In this document: positions 30,897 to 41,135 of the stretch, in pieces
How positions within the stretch are numbered: the first letter of the stretch is position 1
How the letters are laid out: the number at the start of each line of letters is the position of its first letter
Made by a program: the position numbers and the translations under genes
Notes under the pieces: generated by a model
What the model was told of the DNA's origin: nothing
The model's input: the letters and a program-made list of their open reading frames with translations, nothing else
The model's database searches: none
Assembly: GCA_903936565.1 (NCBI GenBank)
Contig: CAIZVZ010000006.1
Location: forward strand, 29,436 to 93,435
Direction of reading: 5' to 3'
Origin: an uncultured bacterium
GTDB taxonomy: Bacteria; Patescibacteriota; Minisyncoccia; Phycocordibacterales; CAIZLB01
DNA: 64,000 nucleotides

Positions 30897-32043
30897 AGTG
30901 AGAGCTGTCTTTACCCAAGACAGTGGTCTTTAGAATATCTGTTATTTTCTTTGCATCAGATATGGACAATCCCTGTAGAATAACACCTGAAAACACAGCT
31001 TCTGGTCTGCCGTTTCTACCAATAGCCACTTGTTGCTGAGCAGCGTTTTCAATAAAGACCCTCGCTAGACCGAACAGTCTCTCTATAATCCCCTGCTTAA
31101 CTGTTACATCTTGAATTGATGAATAAGGCATGTGCTTTTCAGATAAACTGATTACTCCTTCACGATAATAAATATGCTCTGGTGTAAATTTGAATGAATA
31201 ATTTTTCTTCCAAAGGAATAGGGCTATCGTCCTAAATATCATTATAGCAACACCTAGTATCAACCAACCTAATACAATATATACAAACGCGTTCTCAAAA
31301 GATATATTCTTAGCCTTTCCTAAAATAACAAATAATACAAAGAAGGAAATTATAAATGAGCTTATGAATTTATTCACAAGCGAAACTCCTATCCATTTGT
31401 TAGATAACGGATATTTATCACTTGAAATATCCTCATTTAATTTAATTGTCTTACTGACTTTCTCAGGGGCTCCAGAAGAGTGACTGGCTGCCGTCTGAGA
31501 ACCATCGTTCTTTTCAGTATGGCCCCTACCAGAAACCTTATCCAAGAAGAACTTTTTAAGACCCTCTGATGCCGCATAGTCAACACCATCGATGTGTGCC
31601 TCAATACTAGAAGCGGATGTTGCACTTGCGATGTGAACATCATAAAGACCCATGATTCTATCCAAAATATCTTGATCGACATATACGTCTTGAATCTTTT
31701 GCCATTGAACATGGATCTCAGATGGAGCAAATACTCCTTTTTTAATAGTTATGAAATGCTCTTCTCCTGCGTAATAGTATCTCTTTATATAGACCTTAAC
31801 ATATAGACTATAGATAGACATTGATACAATGAATAAAACAACAATACCCACAACCGCTGAAATAAATATTGTATAATTCGAACCAACGTCACCTCCAGAA
31901 GAAGCGATCGAAATCAAAACGCCCGTAAAACCTCCAATGAATATACTTGCAAAAGCATAACCGATTACATTAGAGATGATTTTTTTCCAGTATTTTTTTG
32001 GACTTAGTGGATATTTCTGCTGAAGGTCGCTTTGATTATTCAT
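30886..32043 (-). CDS. Membrane protein with two bacterial PH (bPH_2 / DUF304, YdbT-like) repeats
   Basis: Two copies of TM-hairpin plus bPH pattern (YSLYVKVYIKRYYYAGEEHFITIKKGVFAPSEIHVQWQKIQDVYVDQDILDRIMGLYDVHI and FKFTPEHIYYREGVISLSEKHMPYSSIQDVTVKQGIIERLFGLARVFI). Confidence 0.5.
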   Translation of the reverse strand: MNNQSDLQQKYPLSPKKYWKKIISNVIGYAFASIFIGGFTGVLISIASSGGDVGSNYTIFISAVVGIVVLFIVSMSIYSLYVKVYIKRYYYAGEEHFITIKKGVFAPSEIHVQWQKIQDVYVDQDILDRIMGLYDVHIASATSASSIEAHIDGVDYAASEGLKKFFLDKVSGRGHTEKNDGSQTAASHSSGAPEKVSKTIKLNEDISSDKYPLSNKWIGVSLVNKFISSFIISFFVLFVILGKAKNISFENAFVYIVLGWLILGVAIMIFRTIALFLWKKNYSFKFTPEHIYYREGVISLSEKHMPYSSIQDVTVKQGIIERLFGLARVFIENAAQQQVAIGRNGRPEAVFSGVILQGLSISDAKKITDILKTTVLGKDSSHYGL

Positions 32044-32149
32044 TTTTTATTATTTAATATTATTATGGACTAATAATACAATAATATGTCAAATTGTCCA
32101 GTGTCTCACGGATAGCTTATCTATTCACTAATCGCCCACTAGACAACCC

Positions 32150-32848
32150 CTATCTCCAATCTATCTCCCCCGACCCTAACTTTTTCAGATATTCATTAGC
32201 CTTGCTGAAATGCTTCGAACCAAAGAATCCATTATAAGCAGAAAATGGCGAAGGATGTTGGGATTCAAGTACTAAATGTTTAGTTCTATCAATCTTCTCG
32301 CCTTTTTTCTTTGCATAATTTCCCCATAAAATAAAAACCAGGTTTTCCTTTTCATTCGACAGTTTTTCAATTACAGAATCAGTAAATTCTTCCCATCCCT
32401 TTTTCTGGTGAGAACCTGGAGTGCTCGCTCGTACAGTAAGCGTAGCATTCAATAGTAGAACTCCCTGCTTCGCCCAACGAGAAAGATCGCCGTTTTTCTC
32501 TGGAGCGACACCTAAATCGCTCTCAATTTCCTTAAAAATATTTTGTAATGATGGTGGTAACACAACTTCAAACCCCTTATCGGTCACCCCCTCGCCCCCA
32601 ACCGCAAAACAAAGACCGTTCGCCTGATTAGGACCATGATATGGATCCTGTCCAATAATCACCACTTTAGTATTTTGAAACGGACAAAGATCAAATGCTC
32701 TGAAAATATTTTTAGGTTTAGGATACACGACTCCGGCCTTATATTCTTTATTAACAAAATCAGACAGGTCTTTAAAATAAGACTTAGAAAACTCATCGGT
32801 AAGTACCGACTTCCAGGATTCCTCAATTTTTACATCCTTATGCTCCAC
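32150..32848 (-). CDS. ung: Uracil-DNA glycosylase, family 1
   Basis: GQDPYHGPNQANGLCFAV water-activating loop, HPSPFSA motif; 232 aa. Confidence 0.85.
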   Translation of the reverse strand: MEHKDVKIEESWKSVLTDEFSKSYFKDLSDFVNKEYKAGVVYPKPKNIFRAFDLCPFQNTKVVIIGQDPYHGPNQANGLCFAVGGEGVTDKGFEVVLPPSLQNIFKEIESDLGVAPEKNGDLSRWAKQGVLLLNATLTVRASTPGSHQKKGWEEFTDSVIEKLSNEKENLVFILWGNYAKKKGEKIDRTKHLVLESQHPSPFSAYNGFFGSKHFSKANEYLKKLGSGEIDWR

Positions 32849-32917
32849 TCCCTGTATTATAGGGGTAAATGAAAAATTTTGAAATATTCAAAATATACGA
32901 TATACTGCCCCTTGTAC

Positions 32918-33005
32918 GGAGGATTGGATGAGTGGCTTAAATCAACAGTTTACTAAACTGTCGGCTTGGAAACAGGCCCGTGAGTTCGAATCTCACATCC
33001 TCCGC
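32918..33005 (+). tRNA. Type-II (Ser-like: long variable arm, discriminator G) tRNA whose canonical 7-nt anticodon loop TTACTAA reads anticodon ACU
   Basis: GGAGGAT...ACAGT-TTACTAA-ACTGT, variable arm GGCTTG-GAAA-CAGGCC, GTGAG-TTCGAAT-CTCAC, ATCCTCC-G. Its loop differs from tRNA-Ser(GCU) TTGCTAA by G34 to A. Confidence 0.6.
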
Positions 33006-33145
33006 AAAATAATGGGCAAAGCCCATATATTTTGCGTTAGTCCTTAGCGAAGCTAAGGGCTCCGCAACGAGCGAAGCTCGTATAATTTTCGAGAGTGCAG
33101 AATAAGGAGCGATAGCGACTAATATTTTGCCTCCGCAAAACCACA

Positions 33146-33586
33146 ATGACCGACACCCCCAAAACAGCATTATTCATCTGCAAGGGCAATTGGTTCAGAA
33201 GCCAGATGGCTGCTGCTATCTATAATAAACTAACAGATTCAAACAACGCAGACTCTGTTGGAACTTACACAGGAGCCTCCGATGAACCAGAGGGACAAAT
33301 TCTTGAAGACTTATTCAAAACACCTCACTTCTTTGAAACGATGGAGAAAAATGGCATGAATGTGCGTAAAAATTCTACGAGGCGCCTCAAACCAGAAATG
33401 CTTGATGGATATGATTTGGTAATCTCGATGACAGAAGAACCCTATATCCCTGATTTTCTAAAAGACAACGAAAAAGTAATTTGGTGGAAGATTGAGAACC
33501 CAACCTTTGTTGACCAAAAAATTGCCGAGGATGCTTATGAAAAGATTTATAATTTGGTGAGCAAACTAATCATTGAAAATAAATAA
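33146..33586 (+). CDS. Low-molecular-weight phosphatase / ArsC-like protein (second paralog)
   Basis: C-x5-R P-loop ALFICKGNWFRSQMAAAIY; 146 aa. Confidence 0.6.
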   Translation: MTDTPKTALFICKGNWFRSQMAAAIYNKLTDSNNADSVGTYTGASDEPEGQILEDLFKTPHFFETMEKNGMNVRKNSTRRLKPEMLDGYDLVISMTEEPYIPDFLKDNEKVIWWKIENPTFVDQKIAEDAYEKIYNLVSKLIIENK

Positions 33587-33650
33587 CTACACATATTACA
33601 AACTTTATGCCAACTATACAAATCGCCATTTCAAAGCTAAACTTAACAAC

Positions 33651-33875
33651 ATGAAAATTCAAATATCTTCTGCCCCAAGTGAAATCGATGCTTCTATCAT
33701 CAAAGGACAATTGGAAGCCGCTGGAATATCTGCAACCATCGTTCCAGATAATAATAACTTCTCCTTGAGTCTTCATGTTTCAAGGGGTCCGAATGTAACC
33801 TATGTAATTTTTGTAGAGGAAGAAAAGGTAGAAGAAGCAAAAAAGTTGTTAGCTGAAATGCAAGATAAGATATAA
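33651..33875 (+). CDS. DUF2007-like small protein (putative signal-transducing protein fold)
   Basis: MKIQISSAPSEIDASIIKGQLEAAGISATIV...VIFVEEEKVEEAKKLLAEM matches the DUF2007 pattern. The internal Met was chosen as start; the track begins at 33573. Confidence 0.4.
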   Translation: MKIQISSAPSEIDASIIKGQLEAAGISATIVPDNNNFSLSLHVSRGPNVTYVIFVEEEKVEEAKKLLAEMQDKI

Positions 33876-33976
33876 TTGACACCACCTCAGTCTTTGCTAA
33901 TATATATACAAATAGACTTTTAGTCGCAACCCCAAACTTTCCCAAAGAGTTTGGGGATTAAATTTTCAACACTAAT

Positions 33977-34498
33977 ATGAAAAAAATCCTCTACACAGAA
34001 ATTGGACCAAACAACTCACCCTACAAGAAGGGTGATTGGAAAAACTTTGCTATTCACAATGAATCTCTGATCAAAGGATTCTTTGGTGAATATAGATTTC
34101 TCAGCAATTTCTGGCCGGCAAAGATTATTTTGGACAGTGTAGGATATAAGAATGTTGAACTTGCCTATCAAGCTGCAAAATGGAAACCTGAATCTAGGCG
34201 CTTTTTCCTAACCTGCACAGAATTAGAATCTATTGATTATAACAGAACCAATATTCCAAATGGATATTCTACGGATGAATGGAATTCAATTAAGCTAAGT
34301 GTAATGTCTAATCTTATTAAACAAAAGTTTGACCCAACAACAAATCCAGAAAATCATAAATTATTAATAGAAACACAAAATAAGCACCTGGAAGAAATGA
34401 ATTGGTGGGAAGATTTATATTGGGGTACAAATAAAGATGGAGAGGGTGAAAATAACCTTGGAAAGATCTTGATGAAAACGAGGGATATTTTTGAATAG
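33977..34498 (+). CDS. NADAR (YbiA/DUF1768) domain protein
   Basis: FFGEYRFLSNFWPAKIILDSVGYKNVELAYQAAKW signature; 173 aa. Confidence 0.7.
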   Translation: MKKILYTEIGPNNSPYKKGDWKNFAIHNESLIKGFFGEYRFLSNFWPAKIILDSVGYKNVELAYQAAKWKPESRRFFLTCTELESIDYNRTNIPNGYSTDEWNSIKLSVMSNLIKQKFDPTTNPENHKLLIETQNKHLEEMNWWEDLYWGTNKDGEGENNLGKILMKTRDIFE

Positions 34499-34512
34499 AA
34501 ATATTACCAAAC

Positions 34513-35358
34513 CTACCTAATCTTTTTCTTCTGTATATCCTTTAAAAAGTTCTGATTCCCAACAACTTTTTCACCAGTTTTATCTTCTATGTCTTTCCTT
34601 GTTCTTCCTGCCACCTCCCCACCATCCTTTGCATCTTTAGATAAAGCTGGAAAACCTTTGGAATCTCTCTTTGTTGTTATCTTGGTCGTCGTAGCTTCGC
34701 CAAGCATTGTTAAAATAAGTTCAAGTTCATTCATGTGATCTCGTGGATTATCAGGATTACCCAATGATTTAAATTCTTTAATTTGTTTTGCATTCATATC
34801 AAAAGTACCCTTATAAATTTCATTTGTAAGAATTGCAAAATCAAAACTATTTCTTGCTCCCCTGTTTTTCCATTCATCAGTTAAGGTATTACGAATATTA
34901 ATTCCTCTCATTCTCTTGGAAATCCAGTCACCATCATACCCCTTTTGTTCATATATCTTTTTTGCACGAACTATTGCCCTCTCAGGATCTTGAATCTCTT
35001 CAATTCTCTCCTGTCCAACTTGAGCTAACCATTGTTTGAATGGTTCAGCTTTTGGTGATGGAATAGATTGAATTATACGGAAAATACCACGTAATTGAGA
35101 CATGTTTTCCTTACGTTTCTTGTTATCCCTAGATACCGTTTGAAGAGGGGTACAAATTGTACCCCAGTTGACATTAAGCTCATTGTCACGTGTCCTAATT
35201 TTCTTAATATACTGTTTTACATCATTTGAATCTGTAAGTATCTTGACTACATCCGATATCGCAAAATACCACTGATCATTATGCCATACGCGACGAACTT
35301 CTCTTTCTTCGAATAATGCTACCTGCTTCTTTTGTGATTTTGGCATTTTCATAATCAT
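34513..35358 (-). CDS. Bro-N domain / DinD-like (DNA-damage-inducible protein D family) protein
   Basis: N-terminal Bro-N pattern (FEEREVRRVWHNDQWYFAISDVVKIL...GIFRIIQSIPSPKAEPFKQWLAQVGQERIEEI). The C-terminal FDMNAKQIKEFKSLGNPDNPRDHMNELELILTMLGE resembles the E. coli DinD C-terminus. Confidence 0.5.
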   Translation of the reverse strand: MIMKMPKSQKKQVALFEEREVRRVWHNDQWYFAISDVVKILTDSNDVKQYIKKIRTRDNELNVNWGTICTPLQTVSRDNKKRKENMSQLRGIFRIIQSIPSPKAEPFKQWLAQVGQERIEEIQDPERAIVRAKKIYEQKGYDGDWISKRMRGINIRNTLTDEWKNRGARNSFDFAILTNEIYKGTFDMNAKQIKEFKSLGNPDNPRDHMNELELILTMLGEATTTKITTKRDSKGFPALSKDAKDGGEVAGRTRKDIEDKTGEKVVGNQNFLKDIQKKKIR

Positions 35359-35465
35359 TTATTATTTAATTAATTTAATAAATCTCTCTTTTTCTAGTTC
35401 AGAAAGTATACCAAATCAACCCCAAAGTATTCATAAAGAAAAAATAAAGAAAACCCGAAGCTTTC

Positions 35466-35870
35466 TTAAACCAACTTCGTAGTACAATACGCACACCTTG
35501 TAGCCTCAAGCGGAATCTCACTAAAACACTCTGGGCATTTTTTGGTTGTAGGATCAGCTGGAACTTTATCCCTCTTTGATCTTGTAATAAGGGTATTTAC
35601 TGGTACCACCACAAAGAAATATATTGCAAAAGCAATTATTAAAAATGAAACAAGAGCGTTTATGAAATCGCCAATCATAAACTTACTATCATTTATTATA
35701 AAGAAAACTCCTGAGAAATCTGGAATCTTTGCAATTGCTCCAATCAGCGGAGTCAAAATATCTTTAACCAAAGCTTCCACTATTTTACCAAAAGCCGCTC
35801 CAATTACGACTCCAACTGCCAAGTCCACTACATTTCCTCTCAAGATAAATTGTTTAAATCCCTTTAACAT
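35466..35870 (-). CDS. mscL: Large-conductance mechanosensitive channel with a C-terminal CxxC-x13-CxxC zinc-ribbon-like tail
   Basis: MLKGFKQFILRGNVVDLAVGVVIGAAFGKIV canonical MscL N-terminus; tail KKCPECFSEIPLEATRCAYCTTKLV. Confidence 0.8.
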   Translation of the reverse strand: MLKGFKQFILRGNVVDLAVGVVIGAAFGKIVEALVKDILTPLIGAIAKIPDFSGVFFIINDSKFMIGDFINALVSFLIIAFAIYFFVVVPVNTLITRSKRDKVPADPTTKKCPECFSEIPLEATRCAYCTTKLV

Positions 35871-36003
35871 ATTTTTAGATTATACTTATATTTTAATACC
35901 GTGATTACATATCATAATTTAAATATACACTACAAACAATAGAGCCGCTAGAGAATAAACCTAGCAGCTCTGTCTATTGTGATACGGAGCCGCACCCAAG
36001 GCG

Positions 36004-36297
36004 CTATTCCTCCGTCACGACTTCATATTCCCCTCCCTTGAGTTCAATCTTCCAACCCTTCAGCCAAATCCTGTTCCAGTGTCGGTAAACATCTGAATTT
36101 GGACCATGCTTCTTGGCCAGTGCCCTCAGTCCGACCTGCCTCGATATGGACAATCCGACCGTCCGGCGTACCCCGCGGAGTGACAAATAGTGAGATTCCT
36201 TGGTTATAACCCAGGTCTCCGGAATTGGTATTTTAACGCCACTCCATCCATTCAGAGGGCCTCGATTCGTGTCATTTATTACGGCAAACTTTTTCAT
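36004..36297 (-). CDS. Hypothetical 97-aa basic protein encoded in a GC-rich (about 50 percent) islet
   Basis: The ORF coincides exactly with a compositional island (35940-36330). No recognisable domain. A hairpin at 35941-35972 lies downstream. Confidence 0.35.
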   Translation of the reverse strand: MKKFAVINDTNRGPLNGWSGVKIPIPETWVITKESHYLSLRGVRRTVGLSISRQVGLRALAKKHGPNSDVYRHWNRIWLKGWKIELKGGEYEVVTEE

Positions 36298-36443
36298 GTA
36301 TTCGTCCCTAATCTAATTGTTAGCAGTTTGATCGGACAAGAAGTGTTGTACCTTTGTCCAAAATAAGAATACAATTTTGTAAAAAATAGTCAATTTTGCC
36401 AGAGCAACCGCAGATTCCAAATTGTAACAGACACAATAAATGT

Positions 36444-36863
36444 CTACGACCTAAACTCAACCTCAAATCTATACATCCCCATTCCACACATTCCTTGTAG
36501 GACACCTACGGTCGAAGTTCCTGCATTAATATCGGTCGCACCGGCCTGTGGTAGTACCTGGCTGACATTCAAACTTGGAATTCGTATTGAAGATGAACAG
36601 TCGAAAGTTCCATTAGTTTTGAATCTTATAATAGTCGACACTCCAGCTTTGGCGACACTCTTCCCCGGCTTATAACCTCCCTTAACATCGATCATAATAA
36701 TTTGCTTTCCATCAACCATGGTGACATTGGGAGACATTCCGCCAGCTTGTACATTTCCCTGTGCGCCAGTTTGTGTTTCCACTCCACCGTTCCCTAACAT
36801 GGAAAGCGTAAATGCTCCGATCACCAATACCACCGCGACTGTAATTGCTATATAAGTTTTATT
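36444..36863 (-). CDS. Secreted cupredoxin-like protein of the copper operon (Met/Cys-rich C-terminus QGMCGMGMY)
   Basis: Signal/TM MNKTYIAITVAVVLVIGAF (internal Met chosen as start), beta-rich body. The last gene of the csoR-copA operon. Confidence 0.4.
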   Translation of the reverse strand, partial: NKTYIAITVAVVLVIGAFTLSMLGNGGVETQTGAQGNVQAGGMSPNVTMVDGKQIIMIDVKGGYKPGKSVAKAGVSTIIRFKTNGTFDCSSSIRIPSLNVSQVLPQAGATDINAGTSTVGVLQGMCGMGMYRFEVEFRS

Positions 36864-36876
36864 CATAAATATTTTA

Positions 36877-37950
36877 TTAAAAATTAAAAACTGGCGAAAT
36901 AATTCCAATCACCACTAAACTGTTTATTAAATTGAAAACTGCAAACATAATTACAATGAGCCCTGCAGTTTTGAAAAACACACCCTTCTTTGCACTATTT
37001 ATAACACTAAATGAACTGAAACTGATAAGTGCGAGAACTGGTAGCGTTCCTAATGCAAATGAAAGCATTGTTAGTCCCCCTCCAAGAAAGCTCCCCGTTG
37101 ATAAGGTGTACAATTGCATTGACTGAGTAAATCCACAAGGTAGGAAGAATGTTGCAACACCCACAAGAAGTGGAGTTAATGTGTGATTTAATTTTGTCAC
37201 ACCCTGCGCATGTTTTGAAATAAATCTAGGCATTCCAATCTGCATTCTTTTGGCCCATGGAAAAACATCGAGTAGATTTATTCCCAAGACCAACATCACA
37301 AGCGCAATAATTATTCCCAATATAAAAGTAGCTGAAACATTCAAGGTAAACGCACTACCCAAAACACCAATCACTCCACCCAAAACAAAGAATGAAACTA
37401 AACGTCCTCCATGGAACATTATTTGTGGTTTTATTCTATCACCCTCTTTGGCAAAAGTAGCAGACAAGGAGAGTAGAAGTCCTCCAACCACAGCCATACA
37501 AGATGAAAGCGATGCGATAATTCCAATTACAAATGCAGTTCCATATGTTACACCACCCGATCCTACCAAATTTACAAGACCCGCTTTTTGAAGTAGCAAA
37601 AACAAAACCAAGAACCCGAGAGTAATTGGGGCGGCAATTTTGAAATCGGACCATTTGGACACGGCGGTATTATTTTCTTGACCTTCATCAGAATTATTTC
37701 CGTCGCCAACACTTTCATGAGTAGAAATTTTATATCCATGTTTCTCAACCAGTAATGAAAGCTCTCTAGCAACATCCTCCTCACTCTTATCTTTAAAATC
37801 CCCGACAACCTCAACACACCCCCCGCTTAAATCAACAACCGCCTTCTCAACTAAGGCGTGATCGTTCAATTCAGTTTCCGTCAAAAGTACACAGGCTCTG
37901 CAGTGCATACCTTGTACATAGAATTTATATTTTTTGGATTGATTATTCAT
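36877..37950 (-). CDS. HMA (heavy-metal-associated) domain fused to a multi-TM permease (TauE/SafE- or DsbD_2-like)
   Basis: N-terminal YVQGMHCRACV metal-binding MxCxxC, then about 8 TM segments with conserved Cys in TM regions (SLSSCMAVVGG, FFLPCGFTQ). Confidence 0.55.
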   Translation of the reverse strand: MNNQSKKYKFYVQGMHCRACVLLTETELNDHALVEKAVVDLSGGCVEVVGDFKDKSEEDVARELSLLVEKHGYKISTHESVGDGNNSDEGQENNTAVSKWSDFKIAAPITLGFLVLFLLLQKAGLVNLVGSGGVTYGTAFVIGIIASLSSCMAVVGGLLLSLSATFAKEGDRIKPQIMFHGGRLVSFFVLGGVIGVLGSAFTLNVSATFILGIIIALVMLVLGINLLDVFPWAKRMQIGMPRFISKHAQGVTKLNHTLTPLLVGVATFFLPCGFTQSMQLYTLSTGSFLGGGLTMLSFALGTLPVLALISFSSFSVINSAKKGVFFKTAGLIVIMFAVFNLINSLVVIGIISPVFNF

Positions 37951-37951
37951 G

Positions 37952-40246
37952 TTATTTTAATTTTTTGGTTTTTAATCGAAGAGAGTTTGTAACGACCGAC
38001 ACACTACTTCCCGCCATCGCTAGTCCCGCAAAAACGGGATTAAGAATTATTCCCCACATCGGATACAATAGCCCCGCTGCAATAGGAATTCCTATGATGT
38101 TGTAAATAAATGCCCAGAAAAGATTTTGTTTTATTGTTCTCATGGTGGAGCGAGATAGAACAAAAGCTTGTGATAATTTATTTAAATCCCCATATAGCAA
38201 TGTTATTCCAGCAGATTCAATCGCAATATCAGTTCCAGTCGCCATTGCTATTCCAACATCAGCCTGGACGAGTGCAGGTGCATCATTGATACCATCGCCA
38301 ACCATCGCGACTTTTGCACCAGCTCTCTGAAGTTCTTTAATCTTCTCCGATTTTTCATCTGGCATCACCTCTGAAATTACATCGTCAATTCCAGCCTGCT
38401 TTGCAATATAGTGAGCAGCTAAATGATTGTCTCCCGTGAGCATCACAACCTTTATTCCCCTTTTATGCATTTTGGCGATTGCTTCTTTTGCTCCATCTTT
38501 TATGGTGTCGCTAAGTGCAATGAGTCCAATCTCTTTCGAATTAACCTCAACAATTACAACAGTCTTGCCTTGTCCTTGTAATTCGATTATTTGTTTATCT
38601 TCGCCGTTAGCAACATTCGGCTTATGAACATAAATTATTTTTCCCTCAATCTCTCCCCTGACACCAACACCTTCGAGCGCAGAAAACTTTTCAACTTTCA
38701 AAATCACAGCGCCAGTTTCTTCTGCCTTATCAACAACAGCCTCAGCAAGTGGGTGCTCAGAAAGTTTTTCAACACTTCCAGCAAATTGCAAAATTTGCTG
38801 TTCACTAAATTCTTTATCCAAAATGATTACATCCGTCACTTCAGGCTTTCCCTTTGTAATTGTTCCAGTCTTATCAAGCACCACCGTATCCACCCCACTT
38901 AACTTCTCCAGCACCTCAGCATTCTTAATTAAGATTCCATATTCCGCACCCTTCCCGACTCCAACAATAATTGCAGTTGGAGTTGCAAGCCCTAATGCAC
39001 ACGGGCAGGCAATAACCAAGATGCCGACGAAAGATAAAATTCCATAAGATAGTGCTAAAGAAAATCCAAGGAAAGCCGCGCCGACAGTGAGCCATAGCAT
39101 AATAGTTAAAACCGAGATTCCCAAAACTATCGGTACAAAGACGCTAGAAATTTTATCAGCTAGTGCCTGAATTGGAGCCTTTGAACCTTGTGCTTCTTCT
39201 ACCATTTTAATTATTTGCGATAGCAAAGTATTGGATCCGACCTTAGTTGCAGTGAATCTGAAATTTCCTTGCTTATTTATTGTCGCGCCAACAACTAGCT
39301 CCCCCACAGTTTTATCAACAGGAATTGACTCACCTGTAATCATTGATTCATCAATAGATGTTGTTCCTTCAGTAATCTTTCCATCGACTGGAATCTTTGC
39401 ACCAGGCTTAACAATCAGAATATCCCCCATATTTACCTCGCTAATTGAAATTTCAATTTCTTTCCCATCTCGAAATACAAGTGCAGTTTTTGCTTGAAGT
39501 CCAAGCAACTTCTCAATCGCCAAACCAGTTTGTAATTTTGAACGCGCTTCTAAATATTTTCCAAAAATAACAAAGCCAATAACGACTATCGTTACATCAA
39601 AATATGTATATTCTGGTAGACTCAAAGCAAGAGCCACAGCCGGGAACAATGTCACGACGACACTATATATGTATGCAGTTAGAGTTCCAATTCCAATCAA
39701 GGTGTCCATGTTGGCAACTCTGTATTTAATAAATCTAACAACGCCCTGCAAAAATGGTTGACCGATCCAGAACAACACAACCGTCGCAAGAATCATTGAG
39801 ATTGTATTGAAGATGGACATCGGTATGGGAAAAATTGGAATCGAAACAAATATCTTTGACGAAATATCCCACATCATTAAAACAAAAACCATTAGGGCGA
39901 TAGGAAGAACAAATTGAGTTTTAACTTTCATATCCACCAACTCCTTATTCTTTTTATCCTTAGATTGTTTCAAACCAAAGTGTTCTGAATGAACCATTCC
40001 CTCATCACCTCCTCCTCCATGGCCCGCCGTATCCGCTTGCTCTACAAATGAATATCCGAGCTTCTCAATTTCCTCATTTATATCTTTTATGGAAATCTTT
40101 TGATCATCAAATTCTAATCCTACTTTCTCAGTTGAAAAATTTACATCAACTTGCCCAACCCCGTTAAGCTTTGAAACTTTTTTTTCAATTATACTTGCGC
40201 AACTCGCACAGTGCATACCCTTAATTTTTAAAGTTTGTCTTATCAT
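37952..40246 (-). CDS. copA: Copper-translocating P1B-type ATPase
   Basis: N-terminal [16 protein letters not shown] motif ([11 protein letters not shown]), DKTGTIT phosphorylation site, GDGINDAP hinge; 764 aa. Confidence 0.9.
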   Translation of the reverse strand: MIRQTLKIKGMHCASCASIIEKKVSKLNGVGQVDVNFSTEKVGLEFDDQKISIKDINEEIEKLGYSFVEQADTAGHGGGGDEGMVHSEHFGLKQSKDKKNKELVDMKVKTQFVLPIALMVFVLMMWDISSKIFVSIPIFPIPMSIFNTISMILATVVLFWIGQPFLQGVVRFIKYRVANMDTLIGIGTLTAYIYSVVVTLFPAVALALSLPEYTYFDVTIVVIGFVIFGKYLEARSKLQTGLAIEKLLGLQAKTALVFRDGKEIEISISEVNMGDILIVKPGAKIPVDGKITEGTTSIDESMITGESIPVDKTVGELVVGATINKQGNFRFTATKVGSNTLLSQIIKMVEEAQGSKAPIQALADKISSVFVPIVLGISVLTIMLWLTVGAAFLGFSLALSYGILSFVGILVIACPCALGLATPTAIIVGVGKGAEYGILIKNAEVLEKLSGVDTVVLDKTGTITKGKPEVTDVIILDKEFSEQQILQFAGSVEKLSEHPLAEAVVDKAEETGAVILKVEKFSALEGVGVRGEIEGKIIYVHKPNVANGEDKQIIELQGQGKTVVIVEVNSKEIGLIALSDTIKDGAKEAIAKMHKRGIKVVMLTGDNHLAAHYIAKQAGIDDVISEVMPDEKSEKIKELQRAGAKVAMVGDGINDAPALVQADVGIAMATGTDIAIESAGITLLYGDLNKLSQAFVLSRSTMRTIKQNLFWAFIYNIIGIPIAAGLLYPMWGIILNPVFAGLAMAGSSVSVVTNSLRLKTKKLK

Positions 40247-40258
40247 AGTTGATGAATA

Positions 40259-40822
40259 TTAAATGTTATACCACTGACTTCTCCAGTCTTTGAAGACCTT
40301 TAGTGTAGTAGTTAAAAAAGTTTCCACCTCATCCGCGTTATTTAAAACTTCAGTTCTACTTGATTTTGTCTTTACCTCTTTTGTCATTAATAGTCCAGCT
40401 TCATGATGAGCAATTAGGGCATTTAGAAAACGTAGATCAAATTTATCATCATAATTCCCAAGATTTGAAACAACAGGATCTTTAACTTGCCTTGTATCTC
40501 CGTACCAATTTTTCTTCCAAGCATAAAGCTCGTCTATCGCCTTAGGTTCATCATTTAAAATCTTTGCCGACAAATCTTTCATTTCTTGTCTTGTTGTTTT
40601 TTGACTTGCCGGCTCTGCCAGAAGCATTGCTCCCCTGTGATGAGAAATCATGGCGTTTAAATACCTAAGATCAAGATTCTTGTCAGCCCTTCCAAGATCC
40701 ATTGTAGTTTTATCAAACATGCCGTTCTTGTAATCTGGAGTTAAGGAATATCCAATGCTCAAACCAAAGACACCAGCGACAATTATTAGCGATATAGATA
40801 GTGGTAACGATATTTTAGACAT
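40259..40822 (-). CDS. DUF305-domain protein (metal-homeostasis associated), signal-anchored
   Basis: Duplicated FL/YLNAMIxHHxGAxxM motifs (YLNAMISHHRGAMLLAEP and FLNALIAHHEAGLLMTKE). Confidence 0.6.
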   Translation of the reverse strand: MSKISLPLSISLIIVAGVFGLSIGYSLTPDYKNGMFDKTTMDLGRADKNLDLRYLNAMISHHRGAMLLAEPASQKTTRQEMKDLSAKILNDEPKAIDELYAWKKNWYGDTRQVKDPVVSNLGNYDDKFDLRFLNALIAHHEAGLLMTKEVKTKSSRTEVLNNADEVETFLTTTLKVFKDWRSQWYNI

Positions 40823-40847
40823 ATTATATTTAATTTTTATTTACCTT

Positions 40848-41123
40848 TTATTTACGCTTCAATTTATAAACCTTTAATATCTCAGCTTTCGCCTTTTCAG
40901 TTTGACCTTGTGCAACTTGCTTAAGAACACAGTGTCCAAGGTGATGTTCAAGTAACAAATCCTCAACGTTTGATAGACCCTGCTTAACAGCCGAAGTTTG
41001 AGTAATAACATCAATACAATACGTATCCTTCTCAATCATTTGATGTAGGCCCCTAATTTGCCCTTCAATCAATTTGAGACGACGAAGGATTTTCTCTTTT
41101 TTCTCATCATGTGTGTGTTTCAT
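40848..41123 (-). CDS. csoR: CsoR/RcnR-family copper-sensing repressor
   Basis: KEKILRRLKLIEGQIRGLHQMIEKDTYCIDVITQTSAVKQGL...HLGHCV (C-H-C metal ligands). The track start at 41159 reads through the operator palindrome, so the internal Met at 41123 was chosen. Confidence 0.8.
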   Translation of the reverse strand: MKHTHDEKKEKILRRLKLIEGQIRGLHQMIEKDTYCIDVITQTSAVKQGLSNVEDLLLEHHLGHCVLKQVAQGQTEKAKAEILKVYKLKRK

Positions 41124-41135
41124 AATTAGTATTGT

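Noticed and set aside
32937-33170. 77-aa minus-strand ORF
   Set aside because: Overlaps the class II tRNA at 32918-33005.
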